64,000 bases of DNA from Kiloniellaceae bacterium (lineage in GTDB: Bacteria > Pseudomonadota > Alphaproteobacteria > Kiloniellales > J153): contig JAJFGP010000062.1 of NCBI GenBank assembly GCA_021776055.1, positions 30,147-94,146 on the forward strand. The letters run 5' to 3'. The position numbers were made by a program, and so were the translations under genes. This document shows positions 1 to 7,994 of the stretch, piece by piece. The notes beneath the pieces are model-generated. The model saw only the letters and a program-made list of their open reading frames with translations, did not search any database and was not told the DNA's origin. How positions within the stretch are numbered: the stretch's first letter is position 1; every line of letters begins with the position of its first letter.

Positions 1-293
1 TGACCCTGGGACGCTAGCGGACGTGACCAACGAGCTCGCCAGATTCCTGATGGCTCATGCTGTCGCTGCAAAGCGAATGGCTGGATAACTAAGAGATTGG
101 ATGTGACTGACCGGGTGCGAAAATCCATGGGCGAAGACAAGCAGGAGCAATGGAAAGCCGCATGCCTATGTTAGAAACGTAGAAATACAGATTAGGGACA
201 TTTCAGAAAGACCTGCGATGATCGTTGCCGAAAGAATACGTTTTCTCGCTAGCGTTGTAAGATTGAGAAAATAGAACAGTCGGGGAGGTGCTT

Positions 294-542
294 ATGGCCG
301 ATAGAGGTGCACAGAAGGCGCGTTCGGTAGGCGAAGCAGAGACCCCTGCTGATTTCCTAGCAAACTTGGGCAACGCGCTTCGCGAAAAGGAGGATGTGGA
401 CGTCGGTTTGGCAGATATCCTCGCGAAACACCTGCTTACCGCCGCGCCGGCCGTTGACGCGGTCGCGAGAGCCAAGGACGCCGTCCTGAAACTTGCAGGC
501 GACCGAGCCAATCCACCAAAGCCGGAGTTGGCCGATGGCTGA
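294..542 (+). CDS. small hypothetical protein (82 aa), first cistron of the ATPase operon
   Basis: ATG 294 lies about 5 nt after GGGGAGG (282-288). Stop TGA 540-542 overlaps the next start ATG 535 (ATGGCTGA). No family recognised. The ORF track lists it from GTG 288. Confidence 0.5.
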   Translation: MADRGAQKARSVGEAETPADFLANLGNALREKEDVDVGLADILAKHLLTAAPAVDAVARAKDAVLKLAGDRANPPKPELADG

Positions 543-3024
543 CCATTATTTTATCCAATCGTTGGGCCTCGTCGGGTTCCGCGCCTATCTGGAACCGAAG
601 ACGTTTGATTTCAGCAAGAAGCGCTGCCTGGCGATCTTCGCGCCGAACGGCAGCGGTAAGTCTAGTGTCATAGATGCGCTAGAATTCATGTTCTCCAAGG
701 ACGGAACGCTCGAACGGCTCGGGCAGCGTGCCATCAACAACCAGGCCGGTCCCGTGGCGCTGGCGCACAATCTGGCTGAGGAGGCAAAGATCGCGTCGGC
801 GGTCACGATCGGCGTCGTCTCAGGCAAGGATGCCGCCAACGGCAGCCGATCGGCGACGGGGGCGAAGCGGCCGATACCGGCGGTGGCCACGACTGTGAAC
901 GCCTGCTTTGCGGTGCCGCCGATTATCCGCGGGCACACGCTGCGCACCTTCGTCGAAATCCATACACCCGAACAGCGCTACGCGGATGTCGCCAATTGGT
1001 TGCAGCTCGGCCCGCTGGTCGAGGTCCAGAAGAATATTCGTGCGCTGCGCACGCAGGTGAAGGCTGCGGCCGAGGACGAGACGGCGCTGCAGCGTGTGAA
1101 CACCGAGCTTGCCAGGGAGACGACCCAGGTGGTGAAAACCTGGGATTCGGCGGCGGTGCTTACATACGCCACCACGTCGATCTTGGCGCCACTCGACCCA
1201 GCGCTGGTGCTGGCGGCGCTGGCGGCTGGCGATCCGGCTTTTCTCGAACTGAAAGCGCGCGCCAATGCCGAGGAAAACAAGATCGGGATCGCGGGCCTGC
1301 GCCAGATCCGCAATGCGGCCGCCGCTCTGTGGGCAGAAGAGATGGACGCGGAGAGCGGCCAGACCGTCGTCAGTGGCGCGATTCCGACCTTTGACGCGAT
1401 TGTCACGACACTGTCGGCGACGGAGAGTAAGGAAACGGAGGAGCGCGGCAAGGCGGCGAGTACCGTGTTTCAGGCTTTGTGGACAGCCGCAGAACCGCTT
1501 TTCGCCGAAGGCGTACCGGCACCTGACGTTTGCCCGGTCTGTGCAACACCTGTCGCGGACACGGCGGCGGGCAGCGCCGAGTCGATCCGGGACCATATCG
1601 CCAAGCACCTCGAAGAGCTGGCCGACTACGCCGCCGCCAAAAAGGCGCTCGACGAGGCCAAGGCCGTGGCGACCAGGGCCCACACCCAATTGGTGGCGGC
1701 GCTTCCGGGGCTGATTGGCCTGCTTGGCGACGGTGAAGCGGCGCTGAAAACCGGCCTCATCGCGTATCACGCAGGCATCGCCGGCTGGCCGCACGGCGCC
1801 GTGCCGGCCTCGGCCGATATGGGTGCGGCGATCGCCAAGCTGCTCACCACGCTCGATCAAGCCATTGCCGATATCGAGTCGAAGCAAGGCGATCACACCT
1901 ATATCAAGGCCAAGGCGAAGATCGATCGGCTGCTGGAGCTACAGACCGAACGGGACCTTGCGTTGCGGACGCGAGATGAGTTGGGGAAGCTCTCCGATGC
2001 CTTGGCGGCGCAGGCGACAATGATCTCAGCCGAAATCCGCAAGAAGCTGCAGGCCCTGCTCGACAAGCTTCAAACGCCGATGAATGACATCTACAAGTTG
2101 ATCCAGGGCGCTGGCGCCACGCCAATCCGGCTGGAGCTACCGGCAGAAGACGACACGAATCAGCAGCGGCTCAATCTCCTGATTGATTTCGCCAAAAACC
2201 GTATGGGTGTGCAGCCGGGCGGCTATTTGAGTGACTCCCAGATCCATTCAGTGGCACTGGCGCTGCGAATGGCGGCGATCAAGCAGTTTAACGTCGGCGC
2301 GCCCATCATCGCGCTGGATGACATCGTGACCTCCTACGATGCCAATCATCGGCGCACCATCGCCGGGCTCATCGCCGCCATGTTCGGCGATTGCCAGATC
2401 CTGATCACTACCCATGATGAACGGTTCTTCAATTATTTGAAGGATCAGCTCGAGACAGAGGCGTGGCACTTCACCCGCATCATCGGCCTTGACCCAGCGT
2501 ACGGCCCGCGTTTCGCGGACCACAAGGTTAGCGACGAGATGATCGAAGCACGCTGGGCGGATGGTCAGCCGGCGGCCAATGAGATGCGCCAGGCGGAGGA
2601 AGAATGGCTCTTGGGTATCTGCCGGGGATTCGGGGTCAGCGTGCGCATTCGACCGCTGGAAAAGGCGTATTCCTACGAACGTAGTGAGCTGGCCGTGGCG
2701 CTCGCCGGTTTTCTCAAGGATGCCAAGCTAAAGCCCGCGCTTGTGCCGGGCGTCAACAACCGCTTCCTCGCAAGTTTGGTGAAGGGCGAGATCGAGAATT
2801 TCGGCAGCCACTTCCAAGATGGTCCCTATGGCGACGGCTCAATCGGCGACGAGAAAGCTCGGTGGGAAGAGTTCAAAACTTTCCGCGGCCAGTTCGCTTG
2901 CAAGAAATGCAATCGGACGAAATTCCAGCGCCCCTTAACTCTGAAAAAGCCCGTCTGCGCACATGGCGGCTGCGAGGCGCAATTTGAATTCGTCGCGCCG
3001 GTTCCAAACAAGGTGATCCTGTGA
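535..3024 (+). CDS. Rad50/SbcC/RloC-like ABC (SMC-type) ATPase with coiled-coil insertion, CxxC zinc-hook-like motif and C-terminal zinc ribbon
   Basis: Walker A FAPNGSGKSS (GSGKS = nt 649-663). A ~390 aa helical insertion has CPVC near its centre (nt 1531-1542). Signature-like GGYLSDSQ, Walker B PIIALDD and H-loop ILITTHD are present. CKKC-x15-CAHGGC lies at nt 2899-2973. Start moved from TTG 493 to ATG 535 (MADHYF...). Confidence 0.85.
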   Translation: MADHYFIQSLGLVGFRAYLEPKTFDFSKKRCLAIFAPNGSGKSSVIDALEFMFSKDGTLERLGQRAINNQAGPVALAHNLAEEAKIASAVTIGVVSGKDAANGSRSATGAKRPIPAVATTVNACFAVPPIIRGHTLRTFVEIHTPEQRYADVANWLQLGPLVEVQKNIRALRTQVKAAAEDETALQRVNTELARETTQVVKTWDSAAVLTYATTSILAPLDPALVLAALAAGDPAFLELKARANAEENKIGIAGLRQIRNAAAALWAEEMDAESGQTVVSGAIPTFDAIVTTLSATESKETEERGKAASTVFQALWTAAEPLFAEGVPAPDVCPVCATPVADTAAGSAESIRDHIAKHLEELADYAAAKKALDEAKAVATRAHTQLVAALPGLIGLLGDGEAALKTGLIAYHAGIAGWPHGAVPASADMGAAIAKLLTTLDQAIADIESKQGDHTYIKAKAKIDRLLELQTERDLALRTRDELGKLSDALAAQATMISAEIRKKLQALLDKLQTPMNDIYKLIQGAGATPIRLELPAEDDTNQQRLNLLIDFAKNRMGVQPGGYLSDSQIHSVALALRMAAIKQFNVGAPIIALDDIVTSYDANHRRTIAGLIAAMFGDCQILITTHDERFFNYLKDQLETEAWHFTRIIGLDPAYGPRFADHKVSDEMIEARWADGQPAANEMRQAEEEWLLGICRGFGVSVRIRPLEKAYSYERSELAVALAGFLKDAKLKPALVPGVNNRFLASLVKGEIENFGSHFQDGPYGDGSIGDEKARWEEFKTFRGQFACKKCNRTKFQRPLTLKKPVCAHGGCEAQFEFVAPVPNKVIL

Positions 3025-3046
3025 CTCCGATTATGCGGAGAATTGT

Positions 3047-5659
3047 ATGACCGTCAGCGGGCCAGATTTTCGCCAAACGTGGCTTTGGCGGCAAGCCTTC
3101 CAAACACCGCGATCGGACAGCACTACCGAGGAGCAAGAGTTCTTCAGGACGCAGTATCTCTCAATTCGAGAGCGCACAGCGCAGCTCGTTTCCCGGATTG
3201 CGGTCGATTTGCCGGGGATGACTGTTCACGATATCAGCCATCTGGATGCGTTGTGGGACACCGCGTCCTCGGTTGCAGAGGGCGCCGTCAATGTCAATCC
3301 GGCCGAGGCGTTTGTTCTCGGCGCCAGCATACTTCTGCACGATGCGGCGATGAGTCTGGCTGCCTACCCTGGCGGCCTGGCGGAGGTGAGGACAACGGTT
3401 GCGTGGAAAGATGCTGTAGCACGGCTTGCGCTAACTTCGGAGGAAAGAGGCGGCGACAAATTTGACGTTGAGAAACTGCCGGACACCGTTGTTCAACGGG
3501 TCGTACCGGACGTCCTTCGTCGGTTGCATGCGGAGCGTGCGGAAGAACTTGCCGAACAAGCTTGGCGAATGGCAGATAAATCGCAGGTGTATCTGGTCGA
3601 GGACTCCGAGCTGCGTCGGTTCTATGGACCGACGATTGGTCAGATCGCCCACAGTCACTGGTGGTCGGTGCAAAAGTTGGAACAGGAATTCTCTGAGGAC
3701 CTGGGTGCGCTTGCAAATCGAACCCTCAATCGCGTGGATCGGGTAAAACTCGCTTGTCTGCTTCGGGTTGCTGACGCTTTGCAACTCGACAGTTGGCGAG
3801 CCCCGCGGTTTCTTCGCGCGATCACAAATCCAAGTGGTATTTCAGCGCTTCACTGGTCATTTCAAGAGCGACTGGCTAGACCGCATATCGAACTCGACGC
3901 CGTGGTCTTCACCACGGGCCAGCCCTTCGGACGCGAGGATGCGGAAGCTTGGTGGCTTGCATACGACACGTTAAACGCTGTTGACCGCGAGCTTCGAGAC
4001 GTTGATCTGCTCTTGCAGGGCCGAGGCCGTGAGGTATTGAAAGCAAGACGAGTTAAGGGTGCGTGTTCGCCAGAGATCCTTGCACGGTCGGTTCAGACTC
4101 GGGGTTGGCGCCCGGTTGATGCCCGTCTTCAAGTTTCGGATGTGCCTAGCATCGTAGAAAACCTCGGGGGATCGAAACTCTACGGCAACGATCCTACGGT
4201 GGCGTTGCGCGAGCTAATTCAAAACGCAGCCGATGCGGTACAGGCCAGACGAAAATATCAGAATCGCCCCGCTGATTGGGGGCTCATCACGGTCGGTTTG
4301 CTCTCGGAAGGGGACAGAACATGGCTTGTCGTTGAAGACAATGGCGTCGGCATGTCTGAACAGGTGCTAACCGGCCCCCTTTTGGATTTCGGGACGTCGT
4401 TTTGGCGATCACCTCTCGCGATGGAGGAGTTCCCCGGCCTCATGGCCGCGGGCATGCGTGCCATCGGCCGATTTGGTATCGGATTCTTCTCCGTGTTCAT
4501 GCTCGGCCCCGTCGTGCGGGTGTACTCTCGACGCTGCGACAAGGGTCAAGAAACGGGGCGGTTGTTGGAGTTTCGCGGTGGTACGAGCTCTAGGCCAATT
4601 CTTTCTCCTGTGTCTGGCGGTCCCGTGCCAATCGACGGCGGCACACGAGTTGAGGTCTTGCTAAAAGACCGTCCGCACGAAGCGGGTGGTCTGCTGCATG
4701 TCAATTCCTACTCCAAACGAACGATGTCGTTGGATGCGCTTGTTGGTGCGGTCGCACCGAATCTCCATGTAGCGATTGCAACGATGGTGCAGGAGGCCAC
4801 CCAACCGGTCGTTCAGCCGGGCGATTGGTTAAAGATCAGTGATTTCGATCTTGTGCGCCGTCTGAATCCGATGCTTGACCGCTCTGAATCTGATACGCCG
4901 AAGGCAGATCGGGCGCTGATGCAACCGATTGGAGATGTGAATGACCAAGTGTTTGGCCGAGCCTTTATATCGCCTTCGCGATACTTATTTTCGGCGGACG
5001 GAGGCTGGGTAACTATTTCCGGATTGCGTGCTTCCCGTCTCCACAATGTGCAAGGGGTGCTGCTTGGCGAAGCGGTTACTGCCGCTCGAGACGCTGCTCA
5101 ACCACTTGCCACAGGAGAGGCACTAGCAAAGTGGGCATCGAAGCAAGCTGAAATGATTGCCGTTGCGGTGAATGACGAGGAGCGTCAGGCACGTTCTGCC
5201 GAAGTTGTACTGGAATGCGGAGGAGAGATTGGTAATCTCAAGTTAGTGAAGTGTGGATCCGACTGGCTGACCGCAGTCGAGTTCACCGAGCGTCTTCGGT
5301 GTTCAACGGAGTTAGCGATCAGCTTCGATGGCGAGTTCGATTATGATGAGAATCAGGACGATGTTCATCCAAAGGAGTTTCGTGAGGAATTCGAGATATC
5401 GGAAAAGATTGCGTTGGTTCTGAAGCATGACGGAAGCATATTACGGAGCGGAGGCAATAGTTGGCCAAATTCTCTCACTGGACAGTCCAAGTGGAGTGAC
5501 TCGAACGTGGCTGCACATACGAGAGAGTTGATTCGCAGCGTATGGGGCGAGAACCTTGAGGAGGACGGAGAAGAGCGTGTGGTCGGCAAGGTGGGCACCT
5601 CTGAGATCATTCGTCACGTGGCAGTATTTCGCAAGGCAGATGGCGAAGGGTTTCTTTAA
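3047..5659 (+). CDS. HD phosphohydrolase domain fused to an Hsp90/sacsin-type GHKL ATPase, with ~370 aa unassigned C-terminus
   Basis: HD motifs are HDISH, ILLHDAAM (HD = nt 3338-3343) and LLRVADAL. Bergerat-fold motifs are ELIQNAADA (4211-4237), VVEDNGVGM (DNGVGM 4337-4354) and GRFGIGFFS (from 4466). A 22-nt gap separates it from the upstream gene. Confidence 0.85.
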   Translation: MTVSGPDFRQTWLWRQAFQTPRSDSTTEEQEFFRTQYLSIRERTAQLVSRIAVDLPGMTVHDISHLDALWDTASSVAEGAVNVNPAEAFVLGASILLHDAAMSLAAYPGGLAEVRTTVAWKDAVARLALTSEERGGDKFDVEKLPDTVVQRVVPDVLRRLHAERAEELAEQAWRMADKSQVYLVEDSELRRFYGPTIGQIAHSHWWSVQKLEQEFSEDLGALANRTLNRVDRVKLACLLRVADALQLDSWRAPRFLRAITNPSGISALHWSFQERLARPHIELDAVVFTTGQPFGREDAEAWWLAYDTLNAVDRELRDVDLLLQGRGREVLKARRVKGACSPEILARSVQTRGWRPVDARLQVSDVPSIVENLGGSKLYGNDPTVALRELIQNAADAVQARRKYQNRPADWGLITVGLLSEGDRTWLVVEDNGVGMSEQVLTGPLLDFGTSFWRSPLAMEEFPGLMAAGMRAIGRFGIGFFSVFMLGPVVRVYSRRCDKGQETGRLLEFRGGTSSRPILSPVSGGPVPIDGGTRVEVLLKDRPHEAGGLLHVNSYSKRTMSLDALVGAVAPNLHVAIATMVQEATQPVVQPGDWLKISDFDLVRRLNPMLDRSESDTPKADRALMQPIGDVNDQVFGRAFISPSRYLFSADGGWVTISGLRASRLHNVQGVLLGEAVTAARDAAQPLATGEALAKWASKQAEMIAVAVNDEERQARSAEVVLECGGEIGNLKLVKCGSDWLTAVEFTERLRCSTELAISFDGEFDYDENQDDVHPKEFREEFEISEKIALVLKHDGSILRSGGNSWPNSLTGQSKWSDSNVAAHTRELIRSVWGENLEEDGEERVVGKVGTSEIIRHVAVFRKADGEGFL

Positions 5660-6378
5660 TGGCGCGATCTAAGCCAATTGATCTAGCAACGCGGTCTTTC
5701 GAAACGCAAAGCGACGCCAAGACTTTTTTCAAGGCCATACTGAACCGCTACCGGCCGGGCGAGCGACTCACCGAAGAAGATGGTCTTGATCTTGTTGCAC
5801 TTCTTGAGCGCCACACAGAGTATGTCGACAAGGTGGGGTGCGGCGTCGGCCACTTTGAAGTCATGAGGACCGAGCACGGAACGCAATGTTTCCGGATTGT
5901 CCGTACTGACGGGAGCGGGACCGATTTTTCCTATATCCATTGTATTTCACAACGCGCGCCCAGTCGGAAACAGGAGGTAAGCCAAGGTTTTCGGCGAGCG
6001 GTAAAGTTAGATCTCTATAGGGCTCGCGATAGATTCTTTGCTGCTCACAAGGGCGCGGACGGCCTTGTGGCATGTGCTGTGACAAGTGAACGCATTGGGC
6101 GGGACCAAGGGCATATGGATCATTGCCCCCCGATGACATTCGAGGTCATCGTGACAACATTTCTGTGCGGGCGCGGCCTATCGCTCGACGATGTGCCGCT
6201 TACCACAGGGCGGGACGAGCAGGTCTCACCAGAAGTAACGGATGAGGCGCTGCGTGATAATTTTCGGTCCTATCATGCCAGGGTCGCGAGACTCGATTTC
6301 GTGATAAGTAGCGTTAACCTCGCACAGGCCGGCCGACACCGACTCAGACCGGGGCGCATCGATCTAGTTTCGGAATGA
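5659..6378 (+). CDS. DUF3223-like protein with a possible degenerate His-Me (HNH-like) C-terminal half
   Basis: The start overlaps the upstream stop (TAATG). The N-terminal ~100 aa (..HFEVMRTEHGTQCFRIVRTDGSGTDFSYIHCI) matches my recollection of DUF3223. The later C-x14-HMDH-CPP segment resembles the first half of an HNH finger. Confidence 0.65.
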   Translation: MARSKPIDLATRSFETQSDAKTFFKAILNRYRPGERLTEEDGLDLVALLERHTEYVDKVGCGVGHFEVMRTEHGTQCFRIVRTDGSGTDFSYIHCISQRAPSRKQEVSQGFRRAVKLDLYRARDRFFAAHKGADGLVACAVTSERIGRDQGHMDHCPPMTFEVIVTTFLCGRGLSLDDVPLTTGRDEQVSPEVTDEALRDNFRSYHARVARLDFVISSVNLAQAGRHRLRPGRIDLVSE

Positions 6379-6435
6379 ACGAAGAAGATGGCCGTGGATC
6401 ATGGCGAACTATGTCTGCGTTCCGGGACGCAGGGA

Positions 6436-6698
6436 ATGGCTGAAGGCAAATGCAAAGTTCGCGTCTTTTACTCTTGGCAAAGCGTTTCTCCAAAAAAGGC
6501 GAATTTGTATGCGATCCGGGAGGAGCTTGGGGAGACAGCCAAGCGCGTCGAAGCGGCGACAACCGAGATAAAAATATACTTGATGAAGCAACTCTGGACA
6601 CATGGAGAAGCCCGAATGCCGTGCCAAAAACTTCAGAAGAAATCGAGATGGCGCGCTTGAGATATGTGTCCGGGATCAACGCTTATGGAACAAGCTAG
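6436..6698 (+). pseudogene. frameshifted, truncated remnant of a TIR-like (YSWQSD-type N-terminus) defence-associated gene
   Basis: Frame of ORF 6388-6660 reads KVRVFYSWQSVSPKKANLYAIREELGETAKR. Frame of ORF 6450-6698 continues ILDEATLDTWRSPNAVPKTSEEIEMA. Together they mimic the N-terminal ~70 aa of TIR-like proteins (..FYSWQSDLP..NR.FI....RDT.GSP.I...I..KI). The rest of the gene is missing. Confidence 0.45.
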
Positions 6699-6926
6699 CC
6701 TGATTGTGTGACGAAAGATATCGGCCTCATCGTAACCACCAAGGAGTGGAGATGAGAATGAAATCCGGGACAGCTAACCCATCGGCCGAGAGGGTCATGA
6801 AAGATCCCCGCATGAATATAAGAGTGGCTATCCTTGCTATAGGCACTTTGGGATGCTCGTTGATACGCAGTACTTGTCAACGATGCTTGACCATGTAGAG
6901 ATGCTAGCTGCCATATGAGTAAGAAG

Positions 6927-7598
6927 TTATCCACGTCTCGTGCACCGCAAGTTGAAGCTCTCAATCCAACTTTCATGAAATTTCGGTAAAAGATTTACCG
7001 TGGCCTCTACAAGTTCGTCACCTACAGCTTCGGGCATACCGTGCACAAACGCATTTCGCTGTTGTTGAACATTTTCTAAATGTGTACGAACCGAACTGTA
7101 ACCGAGATCATCTAAGTCGTCGCCGTAGCGATTGCCAAAAAGAATTCGATGTAGTCGATCAAGGCGCGCACCAATTGAGGCATAACGGCTCAGAAGATCT
7201 GACGCGACCGGCCTCGGAAGCTCACTTGTTGCTGTTTCATAAAACCAACCCATGAGCGTTTCGAAATACGTCCAAAATAACAGAATAACTAATACGCGTT
7301 CTGAAGGACGATTTTCTTTGGGAAGAGACAGACCGTTATCTCTACCCAAAGGTCGAACCCAATCTCGATGCATAAGCTGAAGCATTGCATATGGAGACCA
7401 GTCGAGCGCTCCTGCAAATGCTTGCGGCACTAAAACAGTCTTACCTTCGGTAACAATTTCAGTCGGAGAGATATTGCGGTAGTTCGTTGCACAAACTGGA
7501 CAATCATCATTGAGGTCCATCAGTGCTCGGCATGAACCGCATCTTATTCGGTCTTTCCACGCGCCCCACCACCACTCCCAATTATTTGATTCCATCAA
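6927..7598 (-). CDS. zinc-ribbon + HEPN-like protein (putative RNase effector)
   Basis: N-terminal CGSC-x9-CPVC. An Rx4H motif, QQQRNAFVHG, lies at nt 7041-7058 near the C-terminus of a helical region. It is on the same strand as, and 39 nt downstream of, the DUF6527 gene. It is visibly more AT-rich than its neighbours. Confidence 0.6.
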   Translation of the reverse strand: MMESNNWEWWWGAWKDRIRCGSCRALMDLNDDCPVCATNYRNISPTEIVTEGKTVLVPQAFAGALDWSPYAMLQLMHRDWVRPLGRDNGLSLPKENRPSERVLVILLFWTYFETLMGWFYETATSELPRPVASDLLSRYASIGARLDRLHRILFGNRYGDDLDDLGYSSVRTHLENVQQQRNAFVHGMPEAVGDELVEATVNLLPKFHESWIESFNLRCTRRG

Positions 7599-7637
7599 TA
7601 TTCTTTCCCGACTATGTATTATGCTAAACGCTGATAT

Positions 7638-7994
7638 CTATTCCTGAATAAATTTACACCATGAAATACGCCCCATGCGGAACCAAAAATGGGAGCCGCA
7701 GTCCTTCTTGCGCCATATGGACGGATAGAGCGTAGCCGTACCATCTTCATGCCGGGTCAATTGCCAACACGGTCGCTCGTCAGGCAATAGGTTCATGTAA
7801 AGTACTCTGCCGCAGCCACATGGGCAGATCATGGCAACGTGTTCGTTAAACCCATCTTCCTGAACGACATAGAGGATGCGGCGCTTTGGGCGGCTCGGCA
7901 GCGACTCTTCAACAACAATTGTGCGATACGGCGGAGCAAACCAGTCGCGAAGTTTGCGGAGGGCGCAGGATAGTAGCTTCCGAAACCAGTTCAA
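7638..7994 (-). CDS. DUF6527-family small Cys-rich protein
   Basis: CPCGCG ... PCW ... DCGSHFWF motifs. Overlaps the E1 gene stop by 4 nt. This family usually accompanies the multiubiquitin/E2/E1-JAB gene set. Confidence 0.7.
   Translation of the reverse strand: MNWFRKLLSCALRKLRDWFAPPYRTIVVEESLPSRPKRRILYVVQEDGFNEHVAMICPCGCGRVLYMNLLPDERPCWQLTRHEDGTATLYPSIWRKKDCGSHFWFRMGRISWCKFIQE

Noticed and set aside
2-88. Possible 3' end of a plus-strand gene entering from the left edge (..DPGTLADVTNELARFLMAHAVAAKRMAG-stop).
   Set aside because: Only 29 codons are visible and no family is recognisable, so it cannot be supported as a feature.
203-511. 102-aa minus-strand ORF upstream of the ATPase gene.
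   Set aside because: It is antisense to the better-supported plus-strand small ORF (294-542), which has an RBS and stop/start coupling. Its translation is Ala/Ser/Thr-rich with no motifs.
820-1896. Long antisense or out-of-frame ORFs inside well-supported genes. This 358-aa ORF is one example. Others are 24419-25489, 27374-28738, 35902-36747, 37142-38554, 39706-40674, 41871-42767, 42770-43996, 48964-50049, 50059-50931, 55748-56932, 57170-57913, 58810-59937 and 60406-61032.
   Set aside because: They are Arg/Gly/Pro/His-rich, low-complexity translations with no recognisable motifs. Each overlaps a gene with clear family signatures on the other strand or frame. This is the usual stop-codon-poor artefact of GC-rich DNA.
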